From NCBI RefSeq assembly GCF_000143415.4, contig NW_003314262.1, forward strand, positions 2,400,998 through 2,464,997: 64,000 nucleotides of DNA, given 5' to 3'. The position numbers and the translations under genes were made by a program. Positions 9,901-23,610 of the stretch are shown here, piece by piece. Numbering within the stretch: the stretch's first letter is position 1; each line of letters begins with the position of its first letter. This DNA comes from Selaginella moellendorffii (lineage: Eukaryota > Plantae > Lycopodiophyta). Below the pieces are notes generated by a model that worked only from the letters and a program-made list of their open reading frames with translations, was not told the origin of the DNA and searched no databases.

Positions 9901-12900
9901 GTTTTATTAATTCTTTCTTAATAAAAAGAATCTTAAGTTTAATTTGTAATAAATTTCTCTTGAAATTTTTTAAATAAAAAAGTAAAAATTACAATTTTAA
10001 AAGAAATAGACTACAAATTAAGTTAATATTATTTTGTGACTTTTCACATGAAAATATATCAATTGAAACACCATATCACATCCAATCAAATTGCCTGCTC
10101 AAGGGCAGGGTGAATCACTGCACTGTTCCACAGCTCATTCACTTCAATAGCTAGAAGGGTTCCAATTGTCAACTTCTCATATACATAGATGACTCTTAGA
10201 TGGGTATCCATAATGGAAACCATGAGTTAAGTTATATAATGTATGCATAGATGCCACATGTGTATGTGAGATGCTAGGTGAGGAGGTAAATAACATTTTG
10301 TCCTCTTTCAGTTTTGCTTCCAAAAGTTTCTAGTGTGGAAGAAGTGAAGACAATGTTACACCCATAAGAAAAAAATTTGAACATTCAAGACTTTTTGGTT
10401 TGCTTAAGCAAAATTTGTAGAGGTGGTAGTGGATATACCTAAGATACTTGGATATTCTAGGATATTCTACCATCTAACGATTGTTATTTATTTAGTATTC
10501 TTGTATTTATAATTTACAAACATGTTTATAATTTAAAAGCTTTCCACTTTCTAGTATATTCTTATTTATTCTAATGGTAGATATGCAATAATATTAATCT
10601 TGATTTATAAATTATAAACATATTTATAATTATCGATCAATTAAATTATGAATGACACTAAAACCAAGTGTTGCTACATGAAATGTGCAGCAAATTATTG
10701 TAAACAAGAGGATTTGCTAGTCTAGTCTCCACCTAATTACACCTCAAAATTCTTGAGATGAAAACTACAGGATATCTAACAATCTACCTCCAAATTATAA
10801 AGCAAACATTATTATTCAATGTGGTGGGGTGTATACAGAAAAGTACCAACAAAAGAGGTATTGAGTTAGGTTTGGAATAATGTAGTTATGAATTGTGTTA
10901 GCACAAACTAGAGTACCATTAACTCATGCTTCAATAGGATAAAAATTCTGTTGATAGGAAGTTTGTGAAGCATTGGCAATGCATGATCTCACAAGGCTAT
11001 AGTAGAAGCATATGCTTATAATTCAAAGATGGATTTACACTAATGTAGAGCCTTACATACTATGCCATATGAACTATGAGTAAATTTTGTTGTAATTATC
11101 CAAGACTTAAACATTCCCTATGGTAGCATACTGCAACTTATATCATATGAATTTTACGTTCATGCTTTGATATATGGGGCAACTCATTATATAGTCATTT
11201 GTGAGTTGTCAACCACCAAACAAACACATGCAATTTTCAACATATACATGTGGGCTGTACATAAATTTGGTCAGCCTAGACACATTAGAAGTGACAATGC
11301 TCCTAAACATAATGTAATAGAGAATGCTATAGTATCTTGTTAGGGTCCTTAAGGTAGGAACTTTATTCATGGGATGTCGACAAGAAGCCAATTTTGCCCC
11401 TAATATTTTATTATGCATATTCATCACCACCAACCTCCCTATTTCCTAGCACATTGAGCACTTTTGGCATAAATTCTATAAGTGTGTGGTGTGATTCTAT
11501 AATATTCAAATGTATGGAGGATATTGGAATATTAAATATTTCTAACACGTGGCACAAGCAAAGTCTACAATGTGTTTTTGCACCATCTCTTACGAAAGAC
11601 ATATCTTGCTGGGTTGCCATGTGGAATTTACATGAGGTGCATCCATATCATTGAGTTCTTCAAGTTGTCTGATGATCTATTAAACTTGTTCAAGCCATGA
11701 TATGCATAAACATTATATAATCATTCTTTAAGATTTATAAATGTTGAAGGTATGACTCTTTTGGTCTATATTGACACTGCTCTTCCTTCTACAACATCAA
11801 TCAAGAGGCAAGCACTTTAGAAAGTGCAAGTAACATTGTTTCAAACAAACTAACAACTAAGCCTTTTTATTAATTAAGATTCTTTTTTTTTAGTTTCCAC
11901 ATGTTTGCTTGGCTGAAACACATGTCCAAATTGTACCCAACCAGGCCTTAATATTGATTCTCTTGGTTTTGAATTATAGGGATTGCAATTGCATGAGCTT
12001 GATGGATATCCCACCTGTGTGGATCATTGTATTGAAACTTTATTATGATTTTGAAAGAAACCTAGCATGGCCATTATTCTAGAGTTTACCAATCAAATCA
12101 ATTTTTCTCTAGTAGTGATTTAATGCATCTTGGAATTTGTGATCAATTGCAAAAATTATTAGGAAATAATTCCCTCCTGCCTCAACCAAAAATATTTCAG
12201 CTTTCTCTAGTGTTTGAATTATCATATATTTATTTTTATAAAGAAAGTGGAGCTTCAATCTTGCATTTCAATCACAACACTACATGATAAACTTTTTGCA
12301 CTTCCTCTCCTCTCCATAACAAGCCTACATAAATAAAGACCTAATGAGAATAAATGGAGGTAGAGGTAATTTGACTCTAAACAATGCCAAGAACAATATT
12401 TTAGATGATTCTAGCAATCCTCTCAATCTTCCCTCCATCTCCAATTTACAAATTACACATGCAGGCTTGGTTCTAATGGTCTTGTTTATATATGAGCATA
12501 TAGAGTGTAGTTTGCTGATGCATCAACTTAAACAGGTAATAACCTTCCACCAAGTCTCTCTTTCAATCAAATCATAAGTCGCTCTCCACAGGATCTGGAT
12601 GTAAGTTCCAAGGATTGAGCACTCTACTAACCCAATGAACTCAATAATTTTTTAGTGGCACTTGTAGCACCCCAACACAATTGCTAGATATGCAATAAAT
12701 GCCACCACTGGCAAGTATAGATAACCCCAACATGACTGTTACAAATGCAATGAATACCACCACTAGGTTAACAAGGCCATATTGCACTAGGTAGTAGCAA
12801 TTCCTTTGTAGTCTGGATGACTCAATCTGTGTTGGTAGGAGCTTGGAATTACCATGCCATCCTCTTGGTATTCCAGATGCCTGATTTTATTTGCTCCCAA

Positions 12901-15785
12901 TCTGGCTTAAGTGGAGAACCAACTTTATGGTGTCTCAAAGAGGATTCAAACTATATTCTTCCTTAAAGAGAGTTGCTAATGTAAATGTTTTCCAATTTTT
13001 TTGGATTTTTAATTCTTAATTGCATCTTGGTTTGCAAGAACCTTTGGCCATCCCACCCCAACTATTAGTACAAAAAGATATTGTTTGCTCAATACATATA
13101 ATTATTTTTTTTATATTTATTAAGTGTTATCTTCTTTAGTTCTTGCCATGTAGACATATGCATGGGAGGTCTAAATACCTATCCAAGTTCTTGGGAGTTT
13201 ATAATGGTGTCAAGTGCACTAATTTCTCGTCCTGTGAAAATGAATCTTATAGAGGAAAATGTTGTTATTTCTACGGCCTAGACTTTGCAACTCTATGGGA
13301 AACAAAGGTAGCCAATAAAGAAAATTTTGAAACTCAAATATTAAAGCATTTGTCTAGCAATTAAAAAAATTTAGTAGGCCATTTAGATGCAATAAAATAT
13401 GGGTTTACCTCATACAAGCTATGATATTTGTCTCCATTTGCAACTTGATCATTGATTTGCAACAAGTCAAGCCACCACAAATCCACTAATAACATTAGAT
13501 TGCTTACTAAAAGTAAACACGTTCTCTAATGAAGAAGGAAAAACAACTAAAAGATAAGAATCAAAATCAAAATTATTTATATTATTTATCACCCATTGCA
13601 ATGCATGTTTTTTTAGGGGTTAAGAGCCCATGATAAATATTAAGCCCCCACCACTAACTCCTAAAGAGCAATTACCACTAATGGACATAATCAAAGCACT
13701 AGTAGTGGAGAGGCTCAAGTTTATTGTTGCCAATGATAAAGATAATGAGCAAAAGGAAAAAAAAATAGATTATATAAAACATAAATACACAAAGAGCATG
13801 ATGAAACAAAATTTTCCTATCTCAAACATTCCCACCTTCAGAAGCTAATATCAGTAAGTTTTTCTTTCCTTCCTCACCCAAGTCCTCACTAAAAGCATTT
13901 TTTACTCTTGTGGTGGTCTTGAATAGTGATGACTATTTTGTATTAGAAAATCTTACACCACCTTTTGGCAATGAAAACCACTAAACATCATTCCCACTAC
14001 CAAAAATGTTTCACTCAATAACAACTTAAGTATAAGTAGTTTAGTTATGGAGCACTTAATATGTAATGTTGTTAATTCATGTAGTTTTGAGTCGATAAAC
14101 ACTACCATGGGTTGCAACAACACATTAGAGCTTGCCATACAACCTGAGGCTATTGACAACATGGGTAATTTCCAAGAAACGTGAGTTATAGATTATGCAC
14201 TGTCAATTTGGAGCTTGTAGTAGTGAATGATTTTGACTTCATGGCACGTATATGTTAGCTGAAGCACAATGTGCTTGAAACATATTGCATGTCAACACAA
14301 GAAAGCGAAGATCAGTTGGAAATACTAAGAGACCATAAAGAGTTCAAGTGGCTTGGTGGGGGAATAATTCCTCTAATGTATTGTTAATACCAATTCTATG
14401 CTATATTAGCAAGAATGGAAATTGGTTCTCAATTGGCTTAGAGTGGATGAGGGTAAGTTTGAAGACTTGTTTTACTCATGAGTTATAAAGCTACTTTTAC
14501 CTCAAACTAGACACAATATTATGACTTCAATATTGGAGATGAGTGCTATATAATTCTATGAGTGAAGGTAAACCATTACTTTTTTGCCTTATTATGATAG
14601 TTAGTTTATATATTTATAGGCTCCACCATTGCAATAAGGACAAGGTTGATAAGTTTTGAGAACTATATAAAAATACTGACACTCTATACTACTAATTCTC
14701 AAGGTTTTTAATGCAAAACGTGATGAGCATAGACCATATAAAAGAGCATAGGGAAAATTAAAATCTACAGATCTATTGATGAGATTTACAAATAAAAAAT
14801 GGAAACTAGCCTCATACAATTCAAATTTGTAGATAGCTCCCTAGAATGAGTTTAAATATTTCCAATTTGCCTTTAAGTCAAAATTGCAAAGTCTCAACTC
14901 AAAGGTGGTATATGCTTATAAACTTTATGGAGCCTTGGTTTGGGAAATGATAACTATCAAAGCAAGGGGGCCATAAAAGAATGTTGTTTGTGAAGTAATG
15001 CTATAAAAATGAAAATGCATTGCTCATGGCTTTGCTGCCACCCTCTTCCCACAAGTTGGTTACCTACTTAAAATGAAGTCATAATTTGGGACATTTGAAG
15101 CTATAAGTAGTCTAACCATAAAATTTAGGCATAACTAAAGTTATAGCATCAATAATCACAATCAATCTTTACAATTAAACCGAGATATAAAGGTTTAAAA
15201 GATATATTCTATTTAAAGTATCTTTAAATAAATATATGGGAGAAAAACATTATTAGTAAATTAAATTTTTCTCTTTTTAAGTTATAATAGTTTAATTTAA
15301 AGGAAGAGTTTCCCACAAAAAACTAAGACTATGAAAATGAATTAAACTAATAAAAATTACTTCACAATGTTGTGCTGGTGCCAAAGTTTCTCTGCTTGAC
15401 ATTGTTATAACATGATTGAGTGGTGAGAGTCACTACTTATTAAAGGCACTAAATATAATAAATTCATACATTTAGCTAATAATATAGAAACTGAATTTTT
15501 TTAAATGATCCATTTAGCACTAATTTAAAAGACTCTTGCATTAACTAAAGCCATTAATTAGCTGTGAAGTGTAATTTATCTGTGTGAAGTGCCCAATATT
15601 GTATATTATAAATGTCCAAATTAGGCTTCTTTAATTCTGGTCAAAGTCAATAGTCATATCTAAAAGGTATTCAAACATGGAAGCTAATGCAGAATTTGGC
15701 ATGATTGCAAATATAAAATAAATTAACTCTATATAAAAGGCTATGTATGAGGGCTCTAAACAAGTCTTCAAACATAACATTTGCA

Positions 15786-16316
15786 ATGAGATATACAATC
15801 TTGGTTGCATCTTTTCTTCTCACCTGTCTCTACACTGTTGTGGATGCTAAAAAATGTGGAGCTTCATGTAACAAAGATGATGATTGCGATGGTAAGATTG
15901 CATGCATGGATAATGTTTGTGCAGATGACCCAAATATGAACACTCACATATGTGGTGGTAGTCGCAAAGAAGGGCCAGCAAAAAGTGGTAGTGGTGGCAA
16001 TGGTGCTAGCCTTGGCAAATGTGGCACATCATGTTCCAGTAACGACGAATGTTCTGGAAAACTAGCATGCATGAGCAGCTTTTGTGGGGATGATCCTGAT
16101 GTGGGAACTTCCATCTGTGGCAGCAATGGCAATGATAATAGTGGCAGTAACACTGGCAATAAGAACCCAACTCCTCCAGACACTCCATTCCCTAATATTC
16201 CTGATCCAGATATGCCACTCCCCAGTTCTCCCAATGAAGGTCCATCTACTAGTGACTCTCCATCTCTTCCAAAGAAACCCCCTCCAGGGAAACCCAAGTA
16301 TCCAGTGCCATATTAG
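15786..16316 (+). CDS. Secreted protein with two tandem kissper-like domains and a Pro-rich tail (copy 3)
   Basis: TATA at about 15730, signal peptide, units ending CADDPNMNTHIC and CGDDPDVGTSIC. It is a clear paralogue of 9373-9900. Confidence 0.85.
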   Translation: MRYTILVASFLLTCLYTVVDAKKCGASCNKDDDCDGKIACMDNVCADDPNMNTHICGGSRKEGPAKSGSGGNGASLGKCGTSCSSNDECSGKLACMSSFCGDDPDVGTSICGSNGNDNSGSNTGNKNPTPPDTPFPNIPDPDMPLPSSPNEGPSTSDSPSLPKKPPPGKPKYPVPY

Positions 16317-16401
16317 TTTTGATCTGTTCCTATTGAAATAAAAAAAAGAGTGGGGTTTTGATTAAAAATATGTTGTTGTGAAATGCTAATAAACACACCT
16401 G

Positions 16402-18348
16402 TTACATGCCAAGCCGGGCTAGCGCATCACTAATGGTACTCATGTCCCAAATCACCACCTTCCCATCCATGCCTGCATAAAACAAATGCCAGGGGTTACA
16501 TTAGCAACGCTTTGAGCTTGATCTACAGTTGCTTCGTACCAGAAGTGCTAAATTTTCGTATCTCCTGCTCTCCAGGTGGAGCTAGTGGATTAAGAAGTCT
16601 GCACATGAAACAACACTCGGTACCAGTAACTACAAAAGCCGAGTGATACTCACGTAATGCAATTGTTGTGATAAGTTCCTGGAGCACTCGAGGGAGATTC
16701 AGCGGCAACACCACGCTTAGCTTGCCCATAGAATTTCCCAAACGCTTCAGAAAACTGCCAAAATCAATCCGTCGGTTTACAATAAACCAAAACTGACCCG
16801 TCTTACTTGTGTCGAAGCTTTAACGTCTGATGCGGGTGTCTTCCCTTCATCCAGAAAACGAACAAAGTTCCTAAAAAATATGTAGCTTCAAAATTGTATC
16901 AAATTCTCTCAATACTAACCATGTTCCTGTATCATCAGACGCAAAAAGCATTGGGTTGCAATCAAAACCACCAGCGACTAGACGTTTCTCTGATAGAAAC
17001 AAAACCTGAAAGAAAAATGGAAAGAGAGAGTTAGAAACAAAAACGCTTCAGACATAAACCCGCATACATCACGTAGAGGTAGGTCCCTGAGTGCTAATGT
17101 CTGAGCGATTGGTGAAGGACCAACGTCATCTATAAAATGAATAGTTGAATCGTGGCCTAGAACATAAAAATTAGAAGAGGCATTCAAAGCTAGAAGCATG
17201 CTTCTCCTTACCAACATATGCCAAACTCCTCCCACTGGGTGACCATTTAACTCCGAAAGCCCACCCCAATGCCAAATCCAGCTGCACCAATTGCTGCAAT
17301 AAAACCGCAAAGAATAAACTTCTAAACACCTTTATCCTGAATAAAGCTCCTACCTCCCCAAACCGAATCTCTCCAAACGTTGTAGTTGCAGCGCTCCTAC
17401 AGTTGATAGAGTCATTACAAAAGAAAACAAAGCGAAACGGAGAGCGGACCTGGAATCAACACCCTTGATGTACGCAGAAAAAATCCTGCACTTGCAGTCA
17501 GTAGATGTCGTAGCTAGTAGCACCTGCAATCTAAACGAACGTTTGGCATAAGGTTCTTACAGCTGAAAACAAAAGAAAACAACATTATTGGGATGCCATG
17601 CGACACCAGTCACTGTGGAGCCGTGCTTCTTCCTGATTATCTTGCTCACCCACCTGGGAAAAGTTGTGTTACAAAACTAGAATTCAAAACAGACAAAGAC
17701 AGCAGACCAGTTATTATCTTCCTCGTAGTAGCAAACGCAGACGCTCTTCGCACCACTAGCAACAGCAAATTTGTTCTCTGGGAACATCGAACCCCGTTTA
17801 AGTAACGAAAACTAGCAAAGCCTCTTACCTCTGGGGCTCCACTTCACAGATATAGCAGCACGATTTATCCGCAATATAACCAGCGTGGGCTGCCATACAT
17901 TCTCTTCTAGCTTCCAGACGTAGCTGCAGAAGAGGTGAAAAACATCAGAAAAAGGGACAAAGAAAAACCCGAAGTACGCATCAACTTACGAATTCCTATC
18001 GTGAGAAACAGTGACAATGTAGTTCGAGACAGGTGCCCAATCAACTCCTGAAACGAGCTGATCGTGCTAAAGCCACAAAAGAGAATGAGATAGCAAGAGC
18101 GAGATTTCCACCTCGTTACTTACCTTTTGAAGGACGTGGAGTCGCTGCCACACAGCGCTTGGAGCTGGCGAGGCATTGTAAATGTGGACTTCGTTATTCG
18201 TGCAAACCGCGATCACTGCGAAGAACACACATTGTTTGATGTAAAATTAAAACGCGCAAGAGGAGGAAGAATTCTTACTTGTCAGATCCACATTCCAGGC
18301 GTGGCCGCTGATGCATTGCGCCAATTGATGCGACGCCACAGCAACCAT
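16402..18348 (-). CDS. ARPC1: Arp2/3 complex subunit 1 (WD40), multi-exon
   Basis: The spliced reading gives [36 protein letters not shown]...[19 protein letters not shown]...VTVSHDRNS...[17 protein letters not shown] at 16402-16404. Confidence 0.93.
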
Positions 18349-18667
18349 ATCTGCAGAGCGCAAAATCTCACCCATTGTGATCACGCGCGTTGAGCAGAGA
18401 AAGAATTGAGAGAAGGAATGCCGAGACCTAAGAGATCTAACACTATTTCCTGGCAAGTTCTAGAGCAATATTTTATCAGCGCGAAGCAAGCGATCTTCCC
18501 ACTAAACAAATGCGCTAGCTAGCTAGCGATCATACCTGACAGCGATCAGCAATCTTCCAGATCGAGACAAAATCCGTGCGTGCGCGCTGTCGCCTTGCGC
18601 TGTCCCAGCCCTATCTAGAACCAAAAACCCTAGCAAAGTACTTGGAGAGTTCCTAATAGAAAGACCT

Positions 18668-19989
18668 TTAGTATTCTTCCAGATCGTCATCCTCGAAAAC
18701 CGGCCTTCCCCACACGATTAATTCCGGGCGAAGGCGGCGAAAGAACTCCTCGTCTTCTTCGTCGCGAAAGAATTCCTCGACCTCCTCCTCTTCTTTCTCT
18801 TCTTCTATCGGTTTCGAGAGGCTCTTGAGCACGAAGCTTTTGGGATCTTTGATCTCGAAGTCGTACCGCTGGAGCGATCTGCCTTGCGCCGATACGTGAC
18901 AGATGCTGCCACGAAGAGGAGAAGATCAGATCATCAGCGTGACACGAAACGAGAAACGGAGAAAGGACGAGAAAAAAGAAATGCTAGAGCTTACCAGATG
19001 TAATAGAGCTGATCCGTGGATTGTTTTTGGACACGCCCGATGAGCTCCACCTGGAAGATTCCACCGATGCACACGACCGGCCTTGGAAGACGAAATGTCT
19101 GCAGTGAATCAGCCTGTTCACGCAAAAACAAGAGAGAAGCTTAAAACCTTCTATATATCACAACACTAGTCCATACCTGTTCCACGGGATACATCGGCGA
19201 AACATACTTCCAAACGTAGTTCCCATCGGGGTGAGGATTGCTCCAAGAGTGTCCACCAGGAGCACGGCAAGCCTGGTATCCAAAGTAGAATCGAACGAAT
19301 TTCGGCGAGTAGATTGGGCTGCCGTATTGAAAGAAAGCTGCAGCGCATATTGCAAAGTTAGAACTTTGAAAAGAGAAAGAAAGGAAGTACAAGCACACCT
19401 TCAAAAGGTCTCAACTTTATCTCCTCCACGACACACAGAGGTGTGACCATCCGGTAAGTCAAGAACTCTGGAACAGTTTCCAATTTCTGGCCTGTGCTAG
19501 ACCAGTACGACGGCGAGCCTGACGAGAGCCGCTTCGGGTGTGGATAGAGCGTCTGAATTACCTCCTCATTGGGATTGTCGGTGCTCGAAGCATGCAGTGC
19601 ATTCCAGATGTAGCTGCTCCTCGTCGACGATGTCCTCATCAGGGAGTAGTAGAAGTCACAGAACACCTTGTGCTCGCGTCTCAGAATGTCCTCCTCAGAC
19701 CGCGATTTAGAAAGCTCTACAGTAGTACAGTCGACACCGCTGGATTGCTCAGCCACCTCCCGAAACACTTCCAGCTCTGGAAATCGGATCATGCACAGCC
19801 GCCTCCAAAGTCGGCCATCAACAACTGCGGCACGACAATTAGCCAAAACTCGAGCGCCTCAAGGGACAAGATCCTACCGAGTCTGTGCCACGAGCGGCAC
19901 ACTGCACCGGCACGGGCGACATCCTCGTCGGTATCCAAGCACCCAAGAATCTGTAACATCGTGTCGTCATCCAGCCGCTTCACATCCAT
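18668..19989 (-). CDS. F-box protein (At4g00755-like type), multi-exon
   Basis: N-terminal F-box (LDDDTMLQILGCL..VARAGAVCRSW), conserved ASSTDN, SYWSSTG, FFQYGSPIYS and GRVQKQ motifs, and an acidic tail. TAA at 18668-18670. Confidence 0.88.
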
Positions 19990-20095
19990 AGCTCAATGCC
20001 CTGGAAAGCTGAATTCTAAATTCCGAGCCCCGAAAGGCGAGAAAACCTCATACCTGTAGCGTACGACGATTTTATTGTCGCAAACCGACCAGCGT

Positions 20096-21340
20096 CTACG
20101 TACGGATCTCCTTCTTTGGGTTCCTCAGTGCTGCGAGCATGTACAAAGCACCCGCGAGATTCACAACTCCAACCTAAAGACGAAAGAAAAATAAAAAACC
20201 CTTTTGTGATTGTACGTAATGGTAAAAGACTTACAATGAGAAGAGGCGGTGGACAGGCACCGCGGCTGACAAGCCACGAAAAGCTGAGGAAGAGGAACTG
20301 CGAGAGGCATACCAAGTTGGTTAGTCAGTTACTTTGAGAATAACTTCCTTTTCATCTTTCGAGGTCGAGAAAAACTCACGATGCGTCCGGCGACAGTGGA
20401 AGCATAAAAGGCCGAGGATCCATGGAAGCCAAGGCTGTCACCAAGCGAAGTTCCCAAGTAATAGATACCAAAAACCTTGAAAGTCACAAATTGTAAGCGG
20501 CACATACCATTCCTTGTTTGCTTACCACTGCCAGAATTCCTGTTGCTTGAATCCATCCCCGTGCTACAGGTTCCAGCCTGAAAAGAAGACCTGCATGTAG
20601 CATGATCAAAATCACGACACGAGATTGATATACTTGTCTCACCAAAGAGCGTCTCTGGGAAAACGAAGAAACAAATCCCAGCTATGGAGATGTAGATCCC
20701 GGTGAAAAAAGCAGCTCGGGCAGGCCTCGACAAGCGAGCAAAGATACTTTTAACGTGATCCCGTTCTACGCTGCACAGGCACAAGGTTTTCTCAAAAGCA
20801 AAAAATCTGCACAAACTTTGAGACCTTGTCGAAGCCATCGCTATGAATGCCTCTCCACCGCCGGGCTTACGCACACAAACGTCTGGATTGTTGGCGATCT
20901 CGATCGCAGAAGAAAATCCCCGGCCAAGAGAGAAAACAATCGACTCCTTGCCATTTCGTCCAGCTTGGCAAATCCCTTCCAAGCTTCCCAGAACGATCAC
21001 ATCCCCGTCCGCACGAACAGCGCCTCCTCTTTCGATGTTTCCAAACACCTGAAGTCCAGCCAAGAACAAGAAGAGAAAATTCCAACTTAGCCAAGAACAA
21101 GAAGAGAAAGAAAATCCATACCACCACACCACCCGAATGCTCGACGATCTCGCCGCGATTCACCGATCTCCTGACGAACAGGCAATGCTCCAGCGAAGAA
21201 TCGAGCAAGGAGCTGCCGCCGGCAGCCGCAGCACAAGAAATCCGCGAAAAATCTCGAGAATTCGTCCCCTTATGCGATAATCCATGCCAGAAGCTCGATC
21301 GCGGCGGAGCGCAGCACGGCCGCCCCAAGAGAAGCGCCAT
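20096..21340 (-). CDS. Putative plastid protein: MinC C-terminal-like beta-helix fused to a multi-pass membrane domain (7 exons, about 290 aa)
   Basis: Transit-peptide-like start. RRSVNRGEIVEHSGGVVVFGNIERGGAVRADGDVIVLGSLEGICQAGRNG matches the MinC_C pattern. Later exons encode about 4 hydrophobic helices. All GT-AG junctions keep frame to TAG at 20096-20098. Confidence 0.75.
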
Positions 21341-21609
21341 AGCCCTAGATTCAAAAACATGGTTCATGGATCGATCATACGAGTCTAGACGCATCCAGGC
21401 CGTCCGTTGGGCCTTAGGGTAGAGAGGGCTGTTTCGTCGCCGCGAGGGTTTTGGCGAGGGTTTTCAAGGCGCCTCCGCGCGGATCGCTCGATCACGGCAC
21501 TGCTGAGGTGAGTAGAATCGACAGCGCAATGTGTGGATGATCGCAAATTTTGGCTGCTTTTCTCCACGGCTTTCTCAGATCTGGCGGTTTTCTTGATTCT
21601 AGGGGTGAA

Positions 21610-23381
21610 ATGGCGACAGCGAATGCTACTCCAGCGTCTGCTAATCTGGTAAGCACCATAGCTTCTCGAAACTTGGAAGATACTGATTTTTCTTTTTTCT
21701 TTCCCTCTTTGTGCCAAGGTCGGGAATGCATTCATCAATCAGTACTACAACGTCCTACATCAATCTCCAGCGGTGGTTCATCGCTTCTACACCGATCAAA
21801 GCCAGCTTACGCGAGACTCTGGTGGCGCAGATGGTCCTGTGGAGACGGTCTCCACTCAACAGGTAAATTCTCGTGTTTTTTCTTTTTCTTGTGTGCTACT
21901 TGTTGATCTACTCTGCTCCAGGATATCCACGCGAAGATCATGTCGATGGATCTCACCGACTTTAAGGCCGAAATTAAGTCTGTGGTCTCTCAGAACTCTC
22001 TCGGAGGTGGAGTTCTTGTCATGGTGACTGGCTCCCTCTCGTGTAAGTCGACCGGGAAACGCAACTTTGTGCAGACGTTCTTCCTCGCTCCACAAGAGAA
22101 GGGATACTTTGTCCTGAACGACGTGCTGCGCTACGTTGACGAAGCACCAGCGGCGAAGACACTGCCATACAGCATGGCCAATGGGGTCGCCGAGTCCACA
22201 GTCTCCTCGATCCCAGAGCCAGGTCAGTGTCATTACGCTTTGAGATCAGTGACTGACTCGCGTGTCTCTCTCTGAATCAGACGAGCAGCTGGAAGGCGAA
22301 GGACTCGTGCCAGAGGAAACTTTCCAATCCGAAGAGTATGTGGTGCTGGAGAAGCCCGAGGACAAGGCACCCGATGAGCCTGAAGTAGAGGCTGTGGAGG
22401 AGCCCGCGGTGGTGGAGGTGGAGACGATCACCCAAGAGACAACTGTGACTCAAACTCAACCTGAGGAGTTTCAAGAGCAGGTGAAGACGACTACGGTGAA
22501 GATGTCGTATGCTTCCATTCTCGCTCAGAGTAGGGCCGCTCAACCAAGGCCTGTGGCTCCGAGACCAGCGCCAGTGAGCGCCCCTCCGCAGCCTGCCACT
22601 GTGGTTCCTCCTCCGGCTGCCAGCACAGTAGAAGAGCCTCCCAGCGACAAGGACAAGGAGGGTATGTTCTTCGTTTTTCTCTCTACTGTGTAATAACCAT
22701 TGTTTGTCTCAGGTGTCTACATTTCCAACTTGCCTTTGAACGCTACCGAGCAAGAGATTGAATCCAAGTTTGAGAAGTTTGGACCAGTCAAGCCTGGCTC
22801 CGTTCAGGTCCGGTCTATGAAGGTAAACGTTCCTTTTCTTCGATCCAGCTCGCAGCGATGGTGACCATCTCTCTGCAGGCACAAGGATATTGCTTCGCTT
22901 TCCTGGATTTCGAAGACCAACTGTCCGCGTCCAGCGCTGTGGAGGTAAAGAAACGTTTAGAATTATGCTTTGCATCTTCTGATCCTTATCCCTTGCTTTT
23001 CGAAGGCATCCAATAGCATTGAGATTGGTGGCCGGTTTGTAAAGGTGGAGTACAAGAGGGCCCATGGTACGTCCTTAATGAGCATTTCTTCTGTCACTTC
23101 CTAACAAGCATTTCGTTTCTTTGCCAAAAGGCTCTGGTCGAGGACGTGGACGGGACTTCCGCGGTGAAGGACGAGGCTATGGTGATCGAGAGGGTGGAGC
23201 AAGGGGAGGCTACGGCGACCGTGAAAGAGGCGGCGGCTATGGCGATCGCGATGGTGGTGGTCGAGGATACAACCGACGAGTGGAGAGCACTGACGAGGCA
23301 GGCTTTCGCCGCTACGACTCTCAAAGATCAAACAGGCGTGGTGGTGGCAACAGAGGTGGTCGTAGCAACGCCGCGGAATAG
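21610..23381 (+). CDS. NTF2 domain + RRM + RGG protein (G3BP-like), multi-exon
   Basis: VGNAFINQYYNVLHQSP..VHRFY and FVQTFFLAPQEKGYFVLND (NTF2), an acidic/Pro linker with SYASIL, an RRM (VYISNLP, GYCFAFLDF) and an RGG tail. Confidence 0.93.
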
Positions 23382-23610
23382 CATAGCGCAGTCCATAGCC
23401 TAGCATAGCTAGCGAGAGCTTCTTCTAACAGATTGAAAGGAAAGAAAGGTATTAATGGATGAAGAATTTTTGTGAGCTACTACTATTCGCAGAAACTTAC
23501 ATTGTATCTTCGTGTTCTTCACAGCTTATCAAAATCTCGAGAAGAAAGTGGTGTACGAAGTTCTCCACTGTGGTCTACGACCTTCCACGATGGATGATCT
23601 TCACAGTGGT

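Noticed and set aside
9950-15700. AT-rich region with short repeats and weakly similar inverted segments (about 12160-12190 and 14348-14372)
   Set aside because: Probably old transposon debris, but I could not assign a family or boundaries.
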